Virus record (IMG/VR): IMGVR_UViG_3300048580_000994
Coordinates: 1-64,000 of that record
Reading direction: 5' to 3' (one strand)
DNA: 64,000 nucleotides
Source of the DNA: a virus
The stretch's first letter is position 1, and the number at the start of each line of letters is the position of its first letter. This document shows positions 55,600 to 64,000 of this stretch, piece by piece. Both the position numbers and the translations under genes were made by a program. Under the pieces are notes generated by a model. It worked only from the letters and a program-made list of their open reading frames with translations, made no database searches and was not told the origin of the DNA.

Positions 55600-57015
55600 A
55601 TGGATATTATTTTAAAAAAAGCCAGATTTATATCATTTTTTATTATTGCCAGTATAACGTTGGTAATAGTTATTAGTTTTTATTTCATGACCATGAATAA
55701 TATTGACCAAGATCGTTTGGTTAAGATGACTAATATTTATGGTCGAGGGGAAAGTGTTATAAAAGTATTAGATAGACATGTTCATAACTCAATCGAAGAT
55801 GTTTATTGGGCATTGCGAGTATATGAAAATAAATGGGTTGACACACCAGATGATGAATTTGTTGTTTGGGTTAGTAAGAATACTGTGAACACTTTTTATG
55901 CATCTAAGATAATAATCAATAGTGTTAGTGGTGTCTCTTATAGATATGAAGACAATAAAATAACCAAACAAAAAAGTGATAATAATTTTAATCAAAGTAG
56001 TATTATTGTTGGAACTAATTTGGTTATGGAAAATTCAAATGATGGGTTGGAAATAATTTTTAAATATACTATTAAGGGGAAGGGTGTTATTAATATTCAT
56101 GTACCACAAAATTATTTGGTTGATATTTTTTCAAATCTTAGGCATCATTGGGAAATTTTGATAATAGATGTTACAAATAATATATATTCTGATTTAGTTA
56201 ATGAAATTGATAAATCAATTTCTTCGTTTGATAAAAATAAAATATTAAATGATTATAAATGTAATACCAAACTGCTAATAAAAAATGAAAATGATGATTT
56301 TTCGTTTCTTGGTAATTGTTATAAATCTGTTTATTATAATTTATATTATGTGGTATTATATGATTATACTTATGAAATGTCTGGCTTTGTTGATAGAAGT
56401 AAGAAAACATTATCATCATTTTCATTGTTTGTTTTTATGATATTATTAATTGGTATAGCGTTATTAATAGTTTCTGATAAACAAATTAGAGTATATGTTG
56501 AGTTAAAACAAATGAAAGACGAGTTTGAGGAATTGTCGAGTATTGATGAATTAACTTCTGTTACCAATCGCAGGGCTGTTATGAAAAGGTTGGTTCAAGA
56601 AATGACCAGAATGTCTCGTCATGGTCGCCCACTATCCATTATGTCATTTGATATAGATTTTTTCAAAAAAATCAATGATACTTATGGGCATAATGTTGGA
56701 GATATAGTTTTGAAGAATTTGGTGATTGAGGTACAAAAATGCCTTCGTCAAACAGATTTGCTTGGTAGAATGGGTGGTGAAGAATTTTTGATATTGTTGG
56801 GCGATACCAAATTAGATGGTGCTACTATATTGGCTGAACGTATTCGTGAAACTATACAAAACATACAGATAGTTAAAGACATTAACATCACCATTAGTGT
56901 TGGTGTTGGTGAATTTAAAAAGGGAGAGATTACCAGTCAATTATTAGCACGTGTTGATTTGGCATTATATAGAGCTAAAAATGAGGGAAGAAATAAGGTT
57001 TGTATATCCATTTAA
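55600..57015 (+). CDS. Membrane sensor diguanylate cyclase (GGEEF)
   Basis: Two TM helices; DELT..NRR, DIDFFKKINDTYGH, RxxD I-site, GRMGGEEF. Confidence 0.93.
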   Translation: MDIILKKARFISFFIIASITLVIVISFYFMTMNNIDQDRLVKMTNIYGRGESVIKVLDRHVHNSIEDVYWALRVYENKWVDTPDDEFVVWVSKNTVNTFYASKIIINSVSGVSYRYEDNKITKQKSDNNFNQSSIIVGTNLVMENSNDGLEIIFKYTIKGKGVINIHVPQNYLVDIFSNLRHHWEILIIDVTNNIYSDLVNEIDKSISSFDKNKILNDYKCNTKLLIKNENDDFSFLGNCYKSVYYNLYYVVLYDYTYEMSGFVDRSKKTLSSFSLFVFMILLIGIALLIVSDKQIRVYVELKQMKDEFEELSSIDELTSVTNRRAVMKRLVQEMTRMSRHGRPLSIMSFDIDFFKKINDTYGHNVGDIVLKNLVIEVQKCLRQTDLLGRMGGEEFLILLGDTKLDGATILAERIRETIQNIQIVKDINITISVGVGEFKKGEITSQLLARVDLALYRAKNEGRNKVCISI

Positions 57016-57219
57016 ATGTATGGTATTATCATTTGATAATAAATAATGATTGCAAAGGAGAATTGGAATGACACACAAAAATTTGTTACATAAAATAATA
57101 TCATGGGTTGCTGAAAAATTTATGTCAAGGGACCATATTTTTTATCTTATTGAAGAACTTCAAATAATATCCTTGTCCAAAAGAATTTCTTGATTGCAAC
57201 GCACAATAAATATGTTACA

Positions 57220-57342
57220 ATGTGGCTTATTTTTGGGGAATTTAAAAAGGGAGAGTCTACCAGTCAATTATTAGAACGTATTGATTTGGTATTATATAAA
57301 GCAAAGAATGATGGGCGTAATAGGGTGTGTAAATCTGTTTGA
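57220..57342 (+). pseudogene. Duplicated C-terminal fragment of the diguanylate cyclase (40-aa ORF)
   Basis: GEFKKGESTSQLLERIDLVLYKAKNDGRNRVC vs GEFKKGEITSQLLARVDLALYRAKNEGRNKVC. Confidence 0.65.
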
Positions 57343-57395
57343 CAATTTTACTTGACTTTTGATTTGATGATGTTATTATACCTCTGTAACATTTA

Positions 57396-58511
57396 ATGGA
57401 GGTTTTCGTGGGGTATTTTTGGGTAATCGTATTGTTTCCGTTGGTTTGGCCATGGATTGCAAGGGCAATTTTTAATACAGAATTGACCTATGCAGAAATG
57501 TCGTTGAACATCGTGATCGCATTTTTGCTATCTGCAGGTATTTATTATGGTGGGCGATATTCTTCCATGGCAGATTATGAGGTATTGAATGGTGAGGTGA
57601 TTGGGAAGTCCAGGGAAATCACTTCTTGTGAACATTCCTATTCTTGTAACTGTAGGACTGTTCAGAGTTGTAGTGGTTCTGGCAAAAACCGTTCATGTTC
57701 AACTTCCACAGTTTGCGATACCTGTTATGAGCATTCCAATGATTATGACTATAGGGTTAAAAGTAATGTTGGAGATTTTTTGATTAATAGGGTTGATCGT
57801 CAGGGTGTTAGTTATCCAAAACGTTGGGTTAGCGTTAAAAATGGTGATACAGTTGCCATGCTTCATGAATATGTCAATTATGTGAAGGCAGCATCTGACA
57901 GTCTTTTTCATAATGAACTGTCGATTTTGTCCACCTTCAATGGGAAGCTACCTGCATATCCCTTGGATATCAAGGACTATCAGTATATTGACAGGGTTTT
58001 GGTTGATGGTATCACCATTCCAAATATTTCTGAATGGAACGCCAAGTTGGCTAATATTTTGAAAACATTGGGACCACAACGTCAAATGAACGTTGTTCTT
58101 GTGATTACCACTAACACCAACCCTGAGTATGCTCAAGCATTGAAGGCATATTGGCAAGGTGGTAAGAAGAACGACGCCATTATTGTGGTAGGGGTATCTG
58201 ACTATCCAACGATTGGTTGGGTTCGGGTTCTTAGTTGGTCATCTGATGATATGTTCAACGTATCCTTGCGTGACAAGATTTGGGATTTGAAGACCCTTGC
58301 TGTTGACGAAGTTATGCGGGTCATCGAGAATGAGTCTATGACGTATTTCAAACGTCGTCCAATGGCAGAGTTTGAATACTTGAAAGACGCCATTGAGCCA
58401 TCAACTTGGGTGATTGTTCTTGCTGGTGTGCTTGGTGTGGTTGTGAGTTTGGGATTAACTGTTTTATTTTGTAGGCGTGATATTGATATCAAATTTCCTT
58501 GGCAGAGATAA
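57396..58511 (+). CDS. Conserved phage membrane protein with Cys-rich loop and WxGGKKND motif
   Basis: TM helices; CEHSYSCNC..CDTCYEH. Confidence 0.75.
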   Translation: MEVFVGYFWVIVLFPLVWPWIARAIFNTELTYAEMSLNIVIAFLLSAGIYYGGRYSSMADYEVLNGEVIGKSREITSCEHSYSCNCRTVQSCSGSGKNRSCSTSTVCDTCYEHSNDYDYRVKSNVGDFLINRVDRQGVSYPKRWVSVKNGDTVAMLHEYVNYVKAASDSLFHNELSILSTFNGKLPAYPLDIKDYQYIDRVLVDGITIPNISEWNAKLANILKTLGPQRQMNVVLVITTNTNPEYAQALKAYWQGGKKNDAIIVVGVSDYPTIGWVRVLSWSSDDMFNVSLRDKIWDLKTLAVDEVMRVIENESMTYFKRRPMAEFEYLKDAIEPSTWVIVLAGVLGVVVSLGLTVLFCRRDIDIKFPWQR

Positions 58512-58661
58512 TTTTGCCCTTGACAATTTGTAAAATATGTGCTATGGTTTGGTATAATAGTTTAGGGGATTTTATGGCTACGATTTTTGAGTTTGCTGCA
58601 TAAAATTTCACCTAATGATGGGTGTGATTGATATTTTTGACATACAGAAAAGGAGAACTAA

Positions 58662-59219
58662 ATGAGTAAAGGTTTGATTGTTGCATTGAGTATTTTGGCT
58701 GTGGTATTACTTGGTGTTGGTGTTGTTGCGACGAGCTATATTGGTGCTTACAACGCTGGTAATCGTTATGAGAACCTTCTTGAAGGTTTCAATCGGAACA
58801 ATGAGAATATTTTGGCTCAGTATGGGCAGAAAATTGCTGAAGCTGCTCAGGTTCCAAAGATGCAGTCTCAAGATTTGAAGGATTTGTTTTCTGGTGCAAA
58901 TGCTGCAAGGTATGGGGCTGATGGTTCCAAGGCTGCGATGCAATGGTTAAAGGAGCAGAATCCAAATCTTGACCAGAGCACCTACGTTCAACTTCAGCGT
59001 ATGATTGAGGCTGGGAGAAACGAGTTCACTGTTTCCCAAACGAAGCTGGTGGATGTTCGTCGCCAATATGAGACAGAGTTGGGGAGTTTTTATCGAGGGT
59101 TTTGGCTTGGTGTTGCTGGATACCCGAAGAAAGACCTTTCAAAGTTTGATATTGTGTCGACCGACCGTGCATCTGAAGCTTTTAGGACGAAGAAAGAAGC
59201 ACCATTGCAATTGCGATAG
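58662..59219 (+). CDS. LemA-like membrane-anchored protein
   Basis: N-terminal TM; IEAGRNEF..Y. Confidence 0.65.
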   Translation: MSKGLIVALSILAVVLLGVGVVATSYIGAYNAGNRYENLLEGFNRNNENILAQYGQKIAEAAQVPKMQSQDLKDLFSGANAARYGADGSKAAMQWLKEQNPNLDQSTYVQLQRMIEAGRNEFTVSQTKLVDVRRQYETELGSFYRGFWLGVAGYPKKDLSKFDIVSTDRASEAFRTKKEAPLQLR

Positions 59220-59230
59220 TGAATATTAAA

Positions 59231-59257
59231 AGAAAAGCCCCCAATGGGGGCTTTTTC
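59231..59257 (+). terminator. Intrinsic terminator
   Basis: GAAAAGCCCC-CAAT-GGGGGCTTTTTC. Confidence 0.75.
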
Positions 59258-59682
59258 GTATTATATGATAAATAAAATTGTGACTTATTTTTGGGGAATG
59301 AAATGCCGTATCGTTTTATTCTATTGGATTCATTGGAATCATTATCGAAGGGTAATCTATTAGTTAGATTCTCCACCATATCTTGCACACAACATTTAGA
59401 AGGTGTCCCGTTAGTTAGTTTGGTATCGGATAGGTTGGTTCGTGATGGATTAGTTGAGCCTTATCAACTGCCAATATATGATTTAATAAATCACAGCAGT
59501 ACAATTTATTATAAATTATCCCACGATGGCGAACGAGTATATCGTGAAGGGATGTGGCGATATAGTAAAATGACGATGCGTGATAAAATATTGGGGAGAC
59601 TTGGGATAATTTAAAAACTGCGATTTTTTAGTCATATCAGCCATGATTTTGGGAAAATGACTAAATATTAGTAACAATGAAT

Positions 59683-59866
59683 GAATTCTTTGTTGGGGTC
59701 GTGCCCAACCATTGTTGCGTAGAAAATGTTGGTACATGTCCTGCCTATCCTGGCGACAAGAATTTTGCTACACAATCTCCTTGACCAACATTTAAGATTG
59801 TTTTCGGAACAATTCAAAACCGAGTAGCTGAAAAGCCCCTTCTTTATTCTTAGAAGGGGCTTTTTT
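59683..59866 (+). ncRNA. Putative stand-alone structured RNA with terminator
   Basis: Non-coding gap with several hairpins, ending AAAAGCCCCTTCT..AGAAGGGGCTTTTTT. Confidence 0.45.
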
Positions 59867-59871
59867 AATTT

Positions 59872-60204
59872 TCAACCAAAGTCGTGACGATCTCGTTCTT
59901 CATCGTCCATCAGCCCATATTCTCCATCATCCCGAATAAAGGCGTCTGAACCATACATGGGCTGGATTGCAGCCCAATCCTTGGTATTGGGGGAATATTC
60001 TGATAGGGTGTGTAGGAACCGTCCAGCTTCATCGTTAGTCTTGAATGATGGTTCTGACAAAACCTTACGTTCACCTCGATCATTTGTGGCACGAATATAG
60101 AATAGCGAGCCATAAATTTCCCCACGAGGATTATCATAATCTGCGAATTCAGGATCGGTCCTGACGCAAACAATATCCTCCATGACTTCAAAATTCCACT
60201 TCAT
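59872..60204 (-). CDS. Hypothetical protein
   Basis: GGAGG RBS; PMYGSDAF. Confidence 0.65.
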   Translation of the reverse strand: MKWNFEVMEDIVCVRTDPEFADYDNPRGEIYGSLFYIRATNDRGERKVLSEPSFKTNDEAGRFLHTLSEYSPNTKDWAAIQPMYGSDAFIRDDGEYGLMDDEERDRHDFG

Positions 60205-60206
60205 GA

Positions 60207-60524
60207 TTAGTCCTCCATTTCGTCATTAATGCGGTCATAATATCTCTGCTCATCAAGCCAATTCTCAAAATGCTCGTTCTCGGTCAACCCTTCACGATCA
60301 ACCCCCTGCCCGATACCAATATAATCACCATTTGCATTATAGGCAGAGTAACCATAACTATCAAAACCATCAGAGTCATAGTTGCCGAACATAGTCTCAG
60401 TATCATACTCGATACCAGCAGCCTTCATTTCTGGGTTCCACTCAGTGGGAATCTCACCCTTGGCGTTATAGATAAACTCACGCTCATGGCGGGGAAGGGT
60501 GGGGCTATATTTCCCATAAGACAT
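60207..60524 (-). CDS. Acidic protein with YDxxGxD repeats
   Basis: GGAG RBS; early promoter on minus strand. Confidence 0.65.
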   Translation of the reverse strand: MSYGKYSPTLPRHEREFIYNAKGEIPTEWNPEMKAAGIEYDTETMFGNYDSDGFDSYGYSAYNANGDYIGIGQGVDREGLTENEHFENWLDEQRYYDRINDEMED

Positions 60525-60688
60525 TTTGGTTACTCCCTAAATTGTCCTTACAGTATAACAGGATTTTTCATAAAGTCAACAGGTATTTTGTCTGCATACC
60601 ATCTATCCATTTTTGATGATAGATTTCTCTTGCACTGCAACATAAATAGATATATAATAACCAAAGTTAAATAGAGAGGTTTTTTAAA

Positions 60689-61261
60689 ATGACAACTATT
60701 GTGTTTTTACATGGCGCGAATTCCAGTGATAAATCGTTTAATTATATCAGGGCAAGATTGCCTAAACATACATCTGTACCATTAGAGTATGATACTAAGA
60801 CTCCATTGGTGGAAAATATTGAACGAATAAAAGAGTCCATACTGGCTGTATCAAAGGATGATATTTCGATTGTTTCCCATAGCCTTGGGGGTGTTATAGC
60901 TGTGTCTGTGGCGAAAGAAATACCTGCCATTAAAAAAATAGTTACAATGTCTACCCCATTTGGTGGGAGTCAATCTGCAGACATTTTAAAGTGGATGTTC
61001 CACAATAGCCAGTTATTAAAGGATATCTCTACCACAAATCCAGTCATATCCAATTTATCTAAGCGTGAAGATTTGGAAGTGTTGTCGTTTGTGTCTACCC
61101 TTGGTGCCAGTGATTTTATCAAGGGTGAGAACGATGGTGTGGTGACTTTGGAAAGTATGAAGTCATTATCTGGACCAACATATAAAGAAGTACCAACCAA
61201 TCACTTTGAGATATTGTTAGACGATAGTGTTGTTGACGATATTAAAAAATTCTTATTTTGA
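60689..61261 (+). CDS. Alpha/beta hydrolase
   Basis: FLHG, SHSLGG, STPFGG, NDGVV, NH triad. Confidence 0.9.
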   Translation: MTTIVFLHGANSSDKSFNYIRARLPKHTSVPLEYDTKTPLVENIERIKESILAVSKDDISIVSHSLGGVIAVSVAKEIPAIKKIVTMSTPFGGSQSADILKWMFHNSQLLKDISTTNPVISNLSKREDLEVLSFVSTLGASDFIKGENDGVVTLESMKSLSGPTYKEVPTNHFEILLDDSVVDDIKKFLF

Positions 61262-61487
61262 AAAGGAGACTATTATGAAAGAGAATAATACAGAAAGTTC
61301 ATTTGACCTTGAGGTTAAGACTTTGTTTGACAACATGTTAAAATATGCCCAATTGACATTGGATGAAAAGTATGACAAGATTCTTTATGAATTTGACAAG
61401 GAACAACCAACCTTGGAAAAATAACATTTGACATTTCCCCATTAACTTGGTATGTTGGGTTAGTATAACGAACGTGGAGTATCTGAC

Positions 61488-61670
61488 ATGAATATGTGGT
61501 CTGAACGAGAAGATGCAGAGAGAGAAGCCCTTTGGAAGAAAGTGGCTGAATTAGCTTCAATGCTTGGTGTGAAAATTCATCCAAATCTTGGGCTGAATGT
61601 TGAACCAAAATCCACTGATGAATTTGGGCATTCAATGTCTGGGCGATATGACAATGGTGGTTGGCGATAA
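61488..61670 (+). CDS. Hypothetical protein
   Basis: GGAG RBS. Confidence 0.5.
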   Translation: MNMWSEREDAEREALWKKVAELASMLGVKIHPNLGLNVEPKSTDEFGHSMSGRYDNGGWR

Positions 61671-61975
61671 TGGCAATGAAATATGGCTGGTATTCCCCAG
61701 CAGCATTCAAAAAATTTTCGTCAAAAAGGCAGCATGACTTGGATAAAGTTTTATATGACCTCATGGTAACGTTGACTTCTGATATGTCAGAAGTAGAACA
61801 CACCATTATAGGACATGGGCATTATATCCAAATTGGACCAAACAACGAGCGAGTAACTTGTTGGACTGATGATGAAGAAGGTGCTGACTATAAATGGGAA
61901 GACAAGATTTTGGTTGGATATTTTGAACCAAATTCTTTCAAATCTGTAAAAATCCCTATTGACAAACGCAGCTAA
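61670..61975 (+). CDS. Hypothetical protein
   Basis: TAATG coupling. Confidence 0.55.
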   Translation: MAMKYGWYSPAAFKKFSSKRQHDLDKVLYDLMVTLTSDMSEVEHTIIGHGHYIQIGPNNERVTCWTDDEEGADYKWEDKILVGYFEPNSFKSVKIPIDKRS

Positions 61976-62017
61976 ACCAACTATAATCTTTTCATAAACA
62001 TTGGAAGGGAAATCAAA

Positions 62018-62236
62018 ATGTCTAACACAGTTTCTGTTCTTTGCCCAGATGGCAAGACCCGCCAAGCCACAATCACTTCTGTCGATTGTCTCCACACCAA
62101 TATCTCGTTGCGTTTGGGGCACAACCAAAAGTCTTATAAGGGCATCCTTGTTGATGGCAAGTTCATGCCTCGTGCTGGTGGGACCAATGGTATGTTTTTC
62201 AAAAACATTCCTGTCGAGTTCAGGCACTGGATTTAG
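62018..62236 (+). CDS. Hypothetical early protein
   Basis: TTGACA..TATAAT promoter; RBS. Confidence 0.6.
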   Translation: MSNTVSVLCPDGKTRQATITSVDCLHTNISLRLGHNQKSYKGILVDGKFMPRAGGTNGMFFKNIPVEFRHWI

Positions 62237-62496
62237 TTTTAAAATTGGTACAAACGATTTAGTAAAAATGGGATGGGGGTAATGGATTTTTCACCTGATT
62301 ATGCAAGAAAATATTCATCGAGATATCTAACTGAAAAACAATTTAATCAAAAATATGTTAGGGAAACCATCCCTATTAAAAAAGAAGATTTGGTTGTTTT
62401 GAAACCTGTCAATAAGATAGATATTCCGACGAAAGATGAAATGGACCCAACTGCTTTACCGGGGACGTATGTGAACGTTCAGATTTGATATCTTGA

Positions 62497-63372
62497 TTAT
62501 TTGTTAATCCACCCATCTGATAAGGTTCCATCTTCGTACATGACTTTCTGTGGGGTAGCTTTGAAATATTTTTTAAAAACATGTCTAAATAATACTTTAC
62601 AAAAATCAAAAAATCCAGCTTCACGTTGACCTTCTGGTTGAACATTAAAACAAGAACGTTTTAATAACACTTTTGACTTTACATTCCAATGGTGGGAAAT
62701 ATCTGTTTGACAACCAAATGCGAAAGGTGATTTCATTTTTATTCCCATTATTTTTTCATATGGTATAAATTCATCGCCGGGAACATTTTGGAGTTCGTTT
62801 AATTTAATTTCCCCTACACCAAAAGATGACAATAACTCTATAGCTTTTCTCAATTCTTCTTTAGTGTCGAGTTCCCCTTTAACGATGTTGAGATTGATTC
62901 GTATTTTATGCCCATATTTTTCAGAAATTTCTTTTAATTGTTGGATTCGATTATGTTTGGACGATGCTTTTAGGATTTCGTTATTTCGTCCCCAATCATA
63001 ATGTTGGATTGAAACGTTTATACCATCAATCAATTCCAACACCCCTTGAACATCTGGATTCCAAATCATGGCTGCTTTTGGTAGGGAAGTTGTCATGAAA
63101 ATTTCTTTCAAACGTGGACGAACACCTTGGACATAATGGAGTAATTTTTTTGGGTTGAGAAAAGGTTCACCACCAAGGATCAAAATGGTTTCACAGCCAC
63201 TTTTCAAAGTGTTGTTGATCATATTTTCAACATCTTGTCCTTGATTATCAATTCCATCTCGTTCAATACAAAATGAACAATCGTTATCACAAGATTTGAT
63301 AAATCTTATGTCTAATGAATTATAGAATTTACCATCACAAGAATTAATCTTGAGGGGGTTTTTTAGTGGCAT
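62497..63372 (-). CDS. Radical SAM protein
   Basis: CDNDCSFC (CxxxCxxC), LGGEP. Confidence 0.88.
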   Translation of the reverse strand: MPLKNPLKINSCDGKFYNSLDIRFIKSCDNDCSFCIERDGIDNQGQDVENMINNTLKSGCETILILGGEPFLNPKKLLHYVQGVRPRLKEIFMTTSLPKAAMIWNPDVQGVLELIDGINVSIQHYDWGRNNEILKASSKHNRIQQLKEISEKYGHKIRINLNIVKGELDTKEELRKAIELLSSFGVGEIKLNELQNVPGDEFIPYEKIMGIKMKSPFAFGCQTDISHHWNVKSKVLLKRSCFNVQPEGQREAGFFDFCKVLFRHVFKKYFKATPQKVMYEDGTLSDGWINK

Positions 63373-63698
63373 CCACCACTCCAGCCCATTCTGCTACTTT
63401 TGGTTTGATGACAAGCTACAGCTTTTTTCTTTTTATCTATGGCTGGTTTTTTTGGTTTTGGACTATTTTCAAGTTCTTCATCATCTTCTTCGATTAGTTC
63501 GTCTTTGTCTAATCTACCATGACAACCACCACCATGACAACCTGCAGATTCATTAATAAGGTCAATTAAATTGATCCACAATTTTTTATCTTTCTTGGTA
63601 TAAGCTTCTGTTAAAGCATTGATGATTTTGTCTTTTAAAGATGGTTGTGTTTCAACGTCAACACTTTCCATTAATTTTCTCATATCTTGTGAACCCAT
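63363..63698 (-). CDS. Small late protein with DMRKLME N-terminus and repeated GCH motifs
   Basis: AGGAG RBS before ATG 63698; AGCHGGGCHG..ACH..GGCH; overlaps radical SAM start. Confidence 0.6.
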   Translation of the reverse strand: MGSQDMRKLMESVDVETQPSLKDKIINALTEAYTKKDKKLWINLIDLINESAGCHGGGCHGRLDKDELIEEDDEELENSPKPKKPAIDKKKKAVACHQTKSSRMGWSGGCH

Positions 63699-64000
63699 AA
63701 TTAATCTCCTAAATAGTTGGTATAATTTATTTATCATTTTGTTGACATATTGTGATTCTTATTATAGGATAATATATTATAGATGATGGAGGCAATATTT
63801 ATGTGTATGCAATGTATAGTGAACCCGTTATATTGGTATGATGTTTTGCCAGGTTGGACGTTGATTCGTGCCAGACGTAAAGATGATGGTGAAATGAATG
63901 TTGGTGATTGGGGATTAGTGACAATCAACGACCCTGATTTTATTTGGAAATCAACACCAAAAATGGACCCGAAATTCGAAATGACTGAAGAGGAAGAAGA

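Noticed and set aside
1-64000. CRISPR array or cas genes
   Set aside because: No regularly spaced direct repeats; the repeats seen are protein-internal or dispersed regulatory elements.

Overview
AT-rich segment of a jumbo (T4-superfamily-like, probably RaK2/GAP32-type) phage genome, standard genetic code, probably infecting an alphaproteobacterium (inferred from prs, lpxC, FliN, a DivK-like regulator and hemerythrin). It carries two-subunit type II topoisomerase, an Ig/LamG virion protein, nucleotide-metabolism and host-takeover genes, and a very large + strand tRNA region (about 60 tRNA or tRNA-like genes, mostly 15.9-31.5 kb, with satellites to 51.6 kb) interspersed with free-standing endonuclease genes and unannotated structured RNAs. 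Three RNA-level systems stand out. (1) Five copies of a conserved, covarying RNA clamp (GC-CGWW..stem..TTATC [insert] stem..ACC..TT-GC) enclose circularly permuted tRNA sequences, including a complete permuted tRNA-Asn(GTT) at 31051-31137. (2) A three-way-junction small RNA lies between convergent late promoters upstream of nine minus-strand nuclease genes of unrelated families, and its loop co-varies with each gene's ribosome-binding site. (3) A leader-peptide attenuator (69 codons, all 20 amino acids, antiterminator/terminator pair) sits between three tandem promoters and the tRNA array. All structures were read by eye; tRNA ends may be off by 1-2 nt.
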